Virus record (IMG/VR): IMGVR_UViG_3300001347_000043 | Location: 1 to 25,571 of that record | Length of the DNA: 25,571 nt | Origin: a virus | Lineage: Duplodnaviria; Caudoviricetes | Strand: one strand, 5' to 3' | Part shown: positions 15,961-23,876 of the stretch, in pieces | Layout: each line of letters opens with the position of its first letter | Numbering within the stretch: position 1 is the stretch's first letter | Translations under genes and position numbers: made by a program | The notes under the pieces: generated by a model | The model's input: only the letters and a program-made list of their open reading frames with translations | Database searches by the model: none | Told to the model about the DNA's origin: nothing

Positions 15961-16140
15961 ATGAATAATAAACCTAAGGAAAGAAACTACATAAAGAAAT
16001 ACATGGATCTACTCCATAGGAGTAAACCCTATGTTTCCCCTAAGAAAGAGTACAAAAGGAGTAAACTTAAGAGTTCCCTTAAGGTGGAGGTCTATCAAGA
16101 GCTTGACGATGATGTCTCGCCAAAGACCCCAAAATCCTGA
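15961..16140 (+). CDS. Small basic hypothetical protein (59 aa)
   Basis: MNNKPKERNYIKKYMDLLHRSKP...; AAAGGGA upstream; first ORF after the promoter. Confidence 0.55.
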   Translation: MNNKPKERNYIKKYMDLLHRSKPYVSPKKEYKRSKLKSSLKVEVYQELDDDVSPKTPKS

Positions 16141-16146
16141 TATACT
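16117..16146 (+). promoter_or_regulatory. Possible extended -10 promoter upstream of ssb
   Basis: TGaTATACT at 16138-16146; weak -35 TCGCCA 18 bp upstream. Confidence 0.4.
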
Positions 16147-16188
16147 GTTTCTTTTTCAACCAAGTCCACGATCTTACAGGAGGTAATC

Positions 16189-16569
16189 ATGGCAAATTCT
16201 AACTACACCAACGGCACAGCCGCTTTCGTTAACTTATTGGAGACTGACAAGTACAACGGTCAGGACACAGGCAAGTACTCTATCACCCTAACCATGGATG
16301 AGGACGAGGCCACAGTGTTAGAGAACATGGGCATCAAGCTCAAGGAGTACCAAGGCAAGGCCCAACGCAAGTTCTCCACCAAGTACCAAGTACCTGTGTA
16401 TGACCCTGAGGGCAACGAGATTGACACAGCAGACCTGCGCTACGGTTCCAAGGTCCGACTCAAGTGGGCAGAAGGTCGCCCTCACCCAGTACACGGCGTA
16501 TCAACATACTTGTCAGCAGTCAAGGTCATTGAGTTTGCTGAGAAAGCGGAGACTTCTGAGGAATTTTAA
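16189..16569 (+). CDS. ssb: ssDNA-binding protein (T7 gp2.5-like)
   Basis: OB-fold pattern (KYSITL, GSKVRL, YLSAVKVIE); acidic tail ending in Phe; precedes the primase-helicase; AGGAGG RBS. Confidence 0.8.
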   Translation: MANSNYTNGTAAFVNLLETDKYNGQDTGKYSITLTMDEDEATVLENMGIKLKEYQGKAQRKFSTKYQVPVYDPEGNEIDTADLRYGSKVRLKWAEGRPHPVHGVSTYLSAVKVIEFAEKAETSEEF

Positions 16570-16575
16570 GACAAC

Positions 16576-16589
16576 GGGGCTTCGGCCCC
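16576..16589 (+). other. GC-rich C(UUCG)G hairpin between ssb and primase
   Basis: GGGGC-TTCG-GCCCC with no U-tract on the + strand. Confidence 0.75.
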
Positions 16590-16605
16590 AACTTAAGGTA
16601 AAAGA

Positions 16606-18228
16606 ATGCAAAAGCATAAAACTGAAGCTAATTTTGTAAAACATGAGCCATGTCCTAAGTGTGACTCAAAAGATAATCTCGCGAGGTATGATGATGGGCA
16701 CGGCTATTGTTTTGGGTGTAATAATTATTTTCCTTCAGGGGAAGAAGCACAAGTGATGGATTTTCCTACGTCTCGAACCTTCGAGCAGTTAGGAGTAGTA
16801 GCGGCTATTGCAGACCGTAAGATCTCTCTGGAGACCGCCAAGAAGTACGGCGTCACCACTGAGTTCAAGATCGGTAGCTCAGACGCTATGAAGCAGTACT
16901 ACCCGTACTACGACAACAAGGGTACACAGTGTGGTCAAAAGGTCCGTGTGGTTCGTGACAAACGGTTCACAACCAGTGGCGACATGAAGGCTAACACTTT
17001 ATTTGGTCAACAACTTTTTAATAATGAGGGTAAATATGTCACAGTGGTTGAAGGTGAGCTTGACGCGCTTGCGGGGTATGAGCTACTCGGCTCGCGCTGG
17101 CCTGTGGTTAGCGTCTCTAAGGGTGCGGCTGGCGCTAAAAAGGATTTCCAACGCAATCTGGAATGGCTGGAAGGCTTTGAGAACGTAATCATTGCGTTTG
17201 ATGCGGATGAGGCCGGAAGAATCGCCGCAGAGGAGTGCGCTCAGATCCTGTCGCCTAACAAGGCCAAGATCGTTAACCTTGAGGAGTTTAAGGATGCCAG
17301 TGACTACCTGAAGCATGGCAAGGCCAAGGCATTCATGCAGGAGTGGTGGAACGCCAAGTCTTACATCATCACTGGTGTTATCACACTGGCTGACGCATGG
17401 GAAGACTTCCTGCGCCGAGGCAAAGAGAAGATCATTCCGTTCCCCGAGTCCTTTGGGCAGCTGAACCAGATGATGAACGGTGGTATTGTGGCTGGTGAGA
17501 TCACTGTGCTAGGCGCCTTGACCAGTGTGGGTAAGACCACCATGGTTAACGAGATCGTTTACCACCTGTGGAAGAACACAGACCTGAATATTGGCTGTGC
17601 ATTCCTAGAGGCTGACAAGGGCGAAGCAGTTCAGAACCTGTTGACAATACACAACAACATGAACTTCTCTCTCGAAAACATGGAGGACCACGATCTAGAG
17701 AAGTACAAGTCCGACATCATCACAGATGGTCGCATATTCCTGTATGACCACTACGGTGCCGCAGACCCAGATGAGATCTTCTTGAAGTTGCGGAGCATGG
17801 TCAAAGGTAACGGGTGTCGTATCTTGATTATCGATCCGTTACAGGCGGGTGTCTCTAGTAACGGCAACGAAGTGATTGATGACTTCATGGATCGACTGCT
17901 GAAGCTGGCTAAAGAGACCAATGTGGCTATCCTTGTGGTGTCTCATATGCGTAAGCCTAGCGCTACACAGCCGCACAACGTGTCTGAGTATGACCTTAAG
18001 GGGTCAGGCAGTATCAACCAGATCGCCTTCAACACGATTCTCTTGAGCCGTGATAAGATGGCAGAGGGAGATTACGCAAAGAACAGTACCTTCGTGCAGC
18101 TTGTGAAGTGCCGTAGGACTGGACAGACAGGGCCAGCAGGCTGGTTGTACTATAATCAGGTAACAGGACGGTTAGAGGCTGGAGTATCACCAGAGCTGAA
18201 AGCGGCTTCAGGAGAAGATGAGTTCTGA
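16606..18228 (+). CDS. DNA primase-helicase (T7 gp4-like)
   Basis: Zn ribbon CPKC...CFGC; TOPRIM EGELDAL and FDADEAG; Walker A GALTSVGKTT; SHMRK, LKGSGSI, KCRRTG. Confidence 0.96.
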   Translation: MQKHKTEANFVKHEPCPKCDSKDNLARYDDGHGYCFGCNNYFPSGEEAQVMDFPTSRTFEQLGVVAAIADRKISLETAKKYGVTTEFKIGSSDAMKQYYPYYDNKGTQCGQKVRVVRDKRFTTSGDMKANTLFGQQLFNNEGKYVTVVEGELDALAGYELLGSRWPVVSVSKGAAGAKKDFQRNLEWLEGFENVIIAFDADEAGRIAAEECAQILSPNKAKIVNLEEFKDASDYLKHGKAKAFMQEWWNAKSYIITGVITLADAWEDFLRRGKEKIIPFPESFGQLNQMMNGGIVAGEITVLGALTSVGKTTMVNEIVYHLWKNTDLNIGCAFLEADKGEAVQNLLTIHNNMNFSLENMEDHDLEKYKSDIITDGRIFLYDHYGAADPDEIFLKLRSMVKGNGCRILIIDPLQAGVSSNGNEVIDDFMDRLLKLAKETNVAILVVSHMRKPSATQPHNVSEYDLKGSGSINQIAFNTILLSRDKMAEGDYAKNSTFVQLVKCRRTGQTGPAGWLYYNQVTGRLEAGVSPELKAASGEDEF

Positions 18229-18613
18229 GACGAGGGCTTGGGATAAGACTGGTAATCGAAACAGGGGTGCATACCTTTGGGGCAAAGTGAAGCTCAAATG
18301 CACGGACTGTAATAGAAAATACCCGCAGGCAGTACTAGACTTCCATCACCCAATAGGGGTTATAAAGACGATGGCTCTGGAGTACAAAGCTTGGCGAGGG
18401 ATCGCAGGACCTAAGCCCGAAGTAGTCGCAGAAGCCGAGCAGTGCATGGTCCTTTGCGCTAACTGTCATAGATTGGAGCACATTAGGATGAAGAATGAGA
18501 AAAGTGATATTGGACATCGAGACGGACGGCCTGAAACCGAAGAAGGTTTGGGTAGTGGTGACCAAGGATCTGGACACCAAAGAAGTTTTGACTTTGAGGA
18601 ACCCGACACATGA
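18218..18613 (+). CDS. HNH endonuclease
   Basis: CTDC...LDFHH...LCANCHRLEH; overlaps polA by 119 nt. Confidence 0.8.
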   Translation: MSSETRAWDKTGNRNRGAYLWGKVKLKCTDCNRKYPQAVLDFHHPIGVIKTMALEYKAWRGIAGPKPEVVAEAEQCMVLCANCHRLEHIRMKNEKSDIGHRDGRPETEEGLGSGDQGSGHQRSFDFEEPDT

Positions 18614-20219
18614 AACCCTCAAAGAGTTCTTGGGCGGTGTTACACACATTATCGGGCACAACATTATTGCCTTCGATGTACCTGTACTCGACAGACTCTT
18701 GGGATTTGATAGTGCCTCTGTACGACTTACAGACACTCTGGTTCTCTCGCGACTATGCAACCCTTCTTTGGAAGGTGGACACAGCCTCAGAGAGTGGGGA
18801 ATACGACTGAATCTCCACAAAGGGGACTACGATGACTGGAGCAAGCTGACAGACGAGATGGTTGACTATTGTGTGCAGGACGTAGAAGTTACGTATGCGG
18901 TCTACAACAGGCTGACAGTAAAGCTGGCACCCTTTGGGGACGAGAGTATTGACCTTGAGCACGATGTGCAGAGGGTGATTACAAAACAGATCAACAATGG
19001 TTGGTTATTAGATCAGAAGCAAGCGATAGACTTACTGGGAACACTGTATGACAAAAAACTTGAACTTGAAAATAGCGTCAGGGATACCTTCAAACCGTTA
19101 CCTGTTTTTATCAAAGAAATCGTACCCAAATACAAGAAAGATGGTTGCCTGTCTAATGTGGGTCTTAAGTTTCTTGGGGATGATTGTAGTCTCGTGGGCG
19201 GTTCTTTTAGCCGTATTGATTACCCTGACTTCAATCTAGGGTCTAGGCAGCAGATCGGTAAGTATCTCCAATGGTTCGGATGGAAACCTAAGGACTTTAC
19301 TGAGACTGGACAGCCGATTGTGGATGAGAAGGTACTGAGCAACGTGAAGGACATACCAGAGGCCCAGCTGATTGGCGAGTACCTCTTGGTCCAGAAGCGT
19401 ATTGCACAGGTGGAATCATGGGTAGATGCCGTAGAGGACGATGGGCGTGTACATGGTTATGTTAATGCTATCGGTGCAGTCACAGGACGTATGACGCACA
19501 GTAGCCCTAATATGGCTCAGGTGCCTGCTGGTTACAGCCCCTACGGTAAAGAGTGTCGTGCTTGTTGGATTGTGCCTAAAGGTTACAAGCTTGTTGGCTG
19601 TGATGCCTCAGGTCTTGAGTTACGTATGTTGGCCCACTACATGGACGATGTTGGATACACAAAGGAAATATTACATGGTGACATTCACACAGCGAACCAA
19701 ACAGCTGCGGGACTTGCAACAAGAGATCAAGCTAAGACTTTCATATACGCATTTCTTTATGGCGCCGGAGACGCGAAAATTGGTACTATCACCGGAGGAT
19801 CAGCAAGAGATGGTAGAAGACTTAAGGAGAAATTTCTTACAAACACACCAGCTCTTGCAAACCTACGAGACAGAGTTGGAACAGCTGCTAACCGAGGTTA
19901 TCTCACAGGGCTGGACGGAAGAAAACTCTGGATTAGATCGCCCCACGCTGCCTTAAACACTTTGTTACAGTCAGCTGGTGCAATTGTAATGAAAAAGGCA
20001 TTGACAATTCTTGATGAGTATGCTAAAATATATAATATACAGTATAAATTCGTTGGCAACATCCACGATGAGATACAAGCAGAAGTCCGAGAAGATCAAG
20101 CACAGACGTTCGGGTGGTTAGCTGTAGAGTGTATAAAAGCGGCAGGCGTAAAGCTTAACTTAAGATGTCCTCTGGACGGTGACTTTAAAATTGGAGAATC
20201 ATGGGAACAGACACACTAA
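18495..20219 (+). CDS. polA: DNA polymerase family A with 3'-5' exonuclease (T7 gp5-like)
   Basis: Exonuclease motifs DIETDG, GHNIIAFD, YCVQDV; motif A DASGLELR; motif B RDQAKTFIYAFLYG; motif C IHDEIQ. Confidence 0.97.
   Translation: MRKVILDIETDGLKPKKVWVVVTKDLDTKEVLTLRNPTHETLKEFLGGVTHIIGHNIIAFDVPVLDRLLGFDSASVRLTDTLVLSRLCNPSLEGGHSLREWGIRLNLHKGDYDDWSKLTDEMVDYCVQDVEVTYAVYNRLTVKLAPFGDESIDLEHDVQRVITKQINNGWLLDQKQAIDLLGTLYDKKLELENSVRDTFKPLPVFIKEIVPKYKKDGCLSNVGLKFLGDDCSLVGGSFSRIDYPDFNLGSRQQIGKYLQWFGWKPKDFTETGQPIVDEKVLSNVKDIPEAQLIGEYLLVQKRIAQVESWVDAVEDDGRVHGYVNAIGAVTGRMTHSSPNMAQVPAGYSPYGKECRACWIVPKGYKLVGCDASGLELRMLAHYMDDVGYTKEILHGDIHTANQTAAGLATRDQAKTFIYAFLYGAGDAKIGTITGGSARDGRRLKEKFLTNTPALANLRDRVGTAANRGYLTGLDGRKLWIRSPHAALNTLLQSAGAIVMKKALTILDEYAKIYNIQYKFVGNIHDEIQAEVREDQAQTFGWLAVECIKAAGVKLNLRCPLDGDFKIGESWEQTH
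20001..20029 (+). promoter_or_regulatory. Internal sigma-70 promoter inside polA
   Basis: TTGACAattcttgatgagtaTGcTAAAAT, 17-bp spacer, extended -10, in a locally AT-rich patch. Confidence 0.7.
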
Positions 20220-21049
20220 TCAAAGATATTTATGACTTACTAGAGAACAAAAAGGTCTCTAAGGATGTCAACATAGACTTCTTAATCCACGAGTTCGGGG
20301 AGTCTATGAAGAAGATCATGAAGCGTCAGCTGAGTGACTGGAAACCAGACCGTAGGACCATTAGACTCTCTAATGTGGGCAAGACCCCTCTGTACCTTTG
20401 GAACCTCATGAGGGGGACAGAATCAGAGAAGATGACGCCCAACACGCTACTGAAGTTTATGTATGGACACATCATTGAAGAGATGCTGTTGTTCCTTGTG
20501 AAGGCTTCAGGGCACAAGGTGACCGATGAGCAGAAACGCTGTGAGGTCGCTGGTGTCATTGGACACATGGATGGACGTATTGATGGTACTTTGATGGACG
20601 TTAAGAGTACAAGCTCTTATAGTTTTAAGAAGTTCAAAGATGGTTCACTGGTGGACAACGATGCCTTTGGATACATAGACCAGCTCAAGGCCTATGCGAA
20701 GTCCGAAGGGGACACAAAGATTGCTTGGCTTGCCATGGACAAGCAGAATGGACACCTAACTTGGCTAGAGTATGACCTCGAAACAACTGATCATCCTAAA
20801 CTGAAGGAAGACATTGAAGAGAAAATCATAAATCTAAAAAAGGCGGTGGAATCGGATACTGCGCCAGACTTGTGTTACGATTCTGTAGAGGACGGGAAGT
20901 CTGGGAACGAAAAGCTTTCTATGGAATGCTCCTACTGTCAATACAAAAAGTCTTGCTGGCCCGAGTTAAGAACTTTCTTGTATTACAATGGACCAAAGCA
21001 TTTGGTAAAAGTAGTTAACGAACCTAAAGTACAGGAGATCACACGATGA
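20201..21049 (+). CDS. PD-(D/E)xK Cas4/RecB-like exonuclease
   Basis: YGHIIE, GHMDG...DVKS, YIDQLKAY and C-terminal CSYC-x5-C. Confidence 0.85.
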   Translation: MGTDTLIKDIYDLLENKKVSKDVNIDFLIHEFGESMKKIMKRQLSDWKPDRRTIRLSNVGKTPLYLWNLMRGTESEKMTPNTLLKFMYGHIIEEMLLFLVKASGHKVTDEQKRCEVAGVIGHMDGRIDGTLMDVKSTSSYSFKKFKDGSLVDNDAFGYIDQLKAYAKSEGDTKIAWLAMDKQNGHLTWLEYDLETTDHPKLKEDIEEKIINLKKAVESDTAPDLCYDSVEDGKSGNEKLSMECSYCQYKKSCWPELRTFLYYNGPKHLVKVVNEPKVQEITR

Positions 21050-21318
21050 CTAGAGCGATTTTAAACAAACTGGTTGTCTACAAGCAAAGCAATGGTCACA
21101 TGACCTTTAGGGAAGCAGTCTACGACGAGGAAGGGGACTTAGCACTCATGGGGGCAACCCCAGCCTTCCCAAGGGCACTTAGCCTTAATGACCTAGAGGC
21201 TGACCTAGAGGAGTTCATGGCAGCTCTTGACAGGACAGTGGTCAACGAGGATGATCTTGATGTAGATGACGATGTTGATCTGGATGATTTCGATGTAGAC
21301 GGGGAGTTAGCAAACTGA
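21046..21318 (+). CDS. Acidic hypothetical protein
   Basis: AGGAG RBS; EAVYDEEG motif; Asp-rich tail. Confidence 0.7.
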   Translation: MTRAILNKLVVYKQSNGHMTFREAVYDEEGDLALMGATPAFPRALSLNDLEADLEEFMAALDRTVVNEDDLDVDDDVDLDDFDVDGELAN

Positions 21319-21488
21319 TGTTTACCATAGAAGAACTAAAGGAGAAAATCGTAGAGACTTACGATCCAGATCTTCTGGTGGATGTTCTTAAGGTAACCAC
21401 AGAAGAATTGGTCGAGGCTTTAACGGATCAGATCCAAGAGATGGCAGACTTCTTTGAGGAGGAGTTTAAAGACGATGCAGAAGATTAA
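21318..21488 (+). CDS. Small acidic hypothetical protein (56 aa)
   Basis: Not in ORF track: MFTIEELKEKIVETYDPDLLVDVLKVTTEELVEAL...; TGATG coupling; GGGGAG RBS. Confidence 0.75.
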   Translation: MFTIEELKEKIVETYDPDLLVDVLKVTTEELVEALTDQIQEMADFFEEEFKDDAED

Positions 21489-21936
21489 CCTACGGTGGAG
21501 AAACGGTACAGGGATAACGAACTACGTTTCACGTGTTGAAGACTTCCTAGGTTTTATTTATTTAATTGAATTAGAGAATGGAGAATACTATGTCGGTAGA
21601 AAACAATTTTGGGCTAAAAGAGGCAATGGATGGGTTGAAAACGATTGGAGAGAGTACTGTAGCAGCAGTAAAACAATACAGCGATCTCCAGACCAAATCG
21701 TTAGAAAAACTATACTCGCTATCTTCAAGTCAAAGTCAGCCATTAGATTTGCAGAAGCGTATGGAATCATCAATTCAGGAGCTTATCTCGACTCAGACAA
21801 AGGTCTTAACTGGAGCTTTGAAGGGTCTAGAGGAACAATCAAAATGGATGAAGAAGACACTGAACAGCTCCGACGCTTAATGAGCTGGTGCTTACGTTGG
21901 AAAAAGAAACAAGATAAGGAAAAGACAGAAGAATGA
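21475..21936 (+). CDS. GIY-YIG family endonuclease
   Basis: GFIYLIE...YYVGRKQF...ENDWREYCSSS...AE...LN; start set at MQKINL. Confidence 0.8.
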   Translation: MQKINLRWRNGTGITNYVSRVEDFLGFIYLIELENGEYYVGRKQFWAKRGNGWVENDWREYCSSSKTIQRSPDQIVRKTILAIFKSKSAIRFAEAYGIINSGAYLDSDKGLNWSFEGSRGTIKMDEEDTEQLRRLMSWCLRWKKKQDKEKTEE

Positions 21937-23825
21937 ATACATACGAAACATTTATTGCCAAAAGCCGATACAGCCGCTTTCTGGATGACAAGCAGCGTCG
22001 TGAGCACTGGCCTGAGACCGTAGACCGCTACATGGAGTTCATCGACAAGCAGTTGTCCTCCAAGCAGAACTACATCATGCCTGAGGACCTGTATGACGAA
22101 CTACACACTGCCATCCTGAACCGTGAAGTTATGCCTTCTATGAGGGCTGTAATGACCGCTGGTGAGGCTTTAGACCGAGACAACACAGCAGGCTACAATT
22201 GTAGCTACCTGCCCGTGGATGACGTTAAGTCCTTCGACGAGGCCATGTACATCCTCCTGTGTGGTACTGGTGTAGGCTTTAGTGTCGAGAGCAAGTACAT
22301 AAACAAACTGCCTGAGGTCCCCTCACTGTTGTTTAATAGCCACACTAACATCGTGGTACGTGACAGTAAAGCTGGTTGGGCCAAGAGCCTGCGTCAGCTG
22401 ATTGCCCTGCTGTATTCTGGTGAGATTGCCACATGGGATGTGTCCAAGGTCCGTCCAGCTGGTGCTCGACTGAAGACCTTTGGAGGCCGTGCGTCAGGCC
22501 CACAGCCTTTGGTTGATCTGTTTAACTTTGTCGTTGGTAAGTTCAAAGGTGCCGCAGGCCGTAAGCTGACCAGCCTTGAGTGCCATGACATCATGTGTAA
22601 GGTCGGTGAGGTAGTTGTCGTGGGTGGTGTACGCCGTTCTGCTATGATCAGCCTGTCTGACCTGACCGATGACCGTATGCGTCATGCTAAAGCAGGTAGC
22701 TGGTGGGAACGTGATGGTCAACGTGCTCTGGCAAACAATAGCGCAAGCTACAACGAGAAGCCTACTGTGGGCGAGTTCATGACCGAGTGGTTGTCTTTGT
22801 ATCAGTCACACAGTGGTGAGCGTGGTATCTTCTCTAGAGCTGCCGCTAAGTACACTGTGGAGAAGCTGGGCCGTAGAGACTCTAGCTACGAGTTTGGTAC
22901 TAACCCCTGCTCTGAGATCATCCTGCGTCCATATCAGTTCTGTAACCTGACAGAGGTTGTGGCACGAGATACAGACACAGAGGCTACCCTGTCACGTAAG
23001 GTGGAACTAGCGACGATCCTAGGGACATTCCAAGCTACTATGACCGACTTCCCATACCTGCGTAGCATCTGGAAGAAGAACACCGAAGAAGAGCGCCTGT
23101 TGGGTGTGTCGATTACTGGTATCTTGGACTGCCCTCTGCTGAACAATGTCGATGACGAAGGCCTAGAGGAACGCCTAGGGGCCATGCGTATGTTAGCCGT
23201 TACCACCAATAAGGAGTTTGCTAGTGCTTTATCTATTCCTGCGTCTGCTTCTATCACATGCGTTAAGCCTAGTGGTACTGTTAGTCAGCTGGTCGATAGT
23301 GCCAGTGGTATTCATGCTCGCCATAGTCAATATTATATTCGACGAGTTCGTAATGATAATAAAGACCCAATTACAACGTTTCTCAAGGAAAAAGGAATCC
23401 CCAGCGAAGCGGATGTAATGAAGCCCAATGACACAACGATCTTTAGCTTTCCTATGAAGGCACCAGAGGGTTGTGTGCTACGTGATGATCTAGACAGCTT
23501 TACGCACCTGCGCCTGTGGTTGGCCTATCAGCGCCACTGGTGTGAGCATAAGCCCTCTGTGACGGTCTACGTCAAGGAAGAGGACTGGCCTGCTGTTGGT
23601 GCTTGGGTGTGGAAACACTTTGATGAGATCAGTGGCATTAGCTTCTTGCCATGGGACGGTGGTAGTTACCGTCAGGCCCCATACGAGGAGATCAATGAAG
23701 AGACCTACAACCAATTGCTGGCTGAGATGCCTCCTGAGGTCAACTGGAATGACTTCATTGAGATGGATGACAATGTAGAGGGAGCACAGACCCTAGCGTG
23801 TACCGCAGGAGCCTGTGAGATCTAA
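21933..23825 (+). CDS. nrdJ: Class II (adenosylcobalamin-dependent) ribonucleotide reductase
   Basis: YNCSY, GGVRRSA, GTNPCSEI, FCNLTEV, CVKPSGT and C-terminal CTAGAC; no nrdB beta subunit nearby. Confidence 0.93.
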   Translation: MNTYETFIAKSRYSRFLDDKQRREHWPETVDRYMEFIDKQLSSKQNYIMPEDLYDELHTAILNREVMPSMRAVMTAGEALDRDNTAGYNCSYLPVDDVKSFDEAMYILLCGTGVGFSVESKYINKLPEVPSLLFNSHTNIVVRDSKAGWAKSLRQLIALLYSGEIATWDVSKVRPAGARLKTFGGRASGPQPLVDLFNFVVGKFKGAAGRKLTSLECHDIMCKVGEVVVVGGVRRSAMISLSDLTDDRMRHAKAGSWWERDGQRALANNSASYNEKPTVGEFMTEWLSLYQSHSGERGIFSRAAAKYTVEKLGRRDSSYEFGTNPCSEIILRPYQFCNLTEVVARDTDTEATLSRKVELATILGTFQATMTDFPYLRSIWKKNTEEERLLGVSITGILDCPLLNNVDDEGLEERLGAMRMLAVTTNKEFASALSIPASASITCVKPSGTVSQLVDSASGIHARHSQYYIRRVRNDNKDPITTFLKEKGIPSEADVMKPNDTTIFSFPMKAPEGCVLRDDLDSFTHLRLWLAYQRHWCEHKPSVTVYVKEEDWPAVGAWVWKHFDEISGISFLPWDGGSYRQAPYEEINEETYNQLLAEMPPEVNWNDFIEMDDNVEGAQTLACTAGACEI

Positions 23826-23841
23826 GTAGCTTAGATAAACT

Positions 23842-23876
23842 AAAGGGGCCTTGGATAATCCTTGGCCCCTTTTTTT
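23842..23876. terminator. Bidirectional rho-independent terminator at the convergence of the two arms
   Basis: AAAGGGGCC...GGCCCC followed by a T7 run, between the convergent nrdJ and the minus-strand gene. Confidence 0.85.

Noticed and set aside
10591-23778. Minus-strand and off-frame ORFs inside the early and replication arm
   Set aside because: Shadows of tightly packed plus-strand genes with no independent support.
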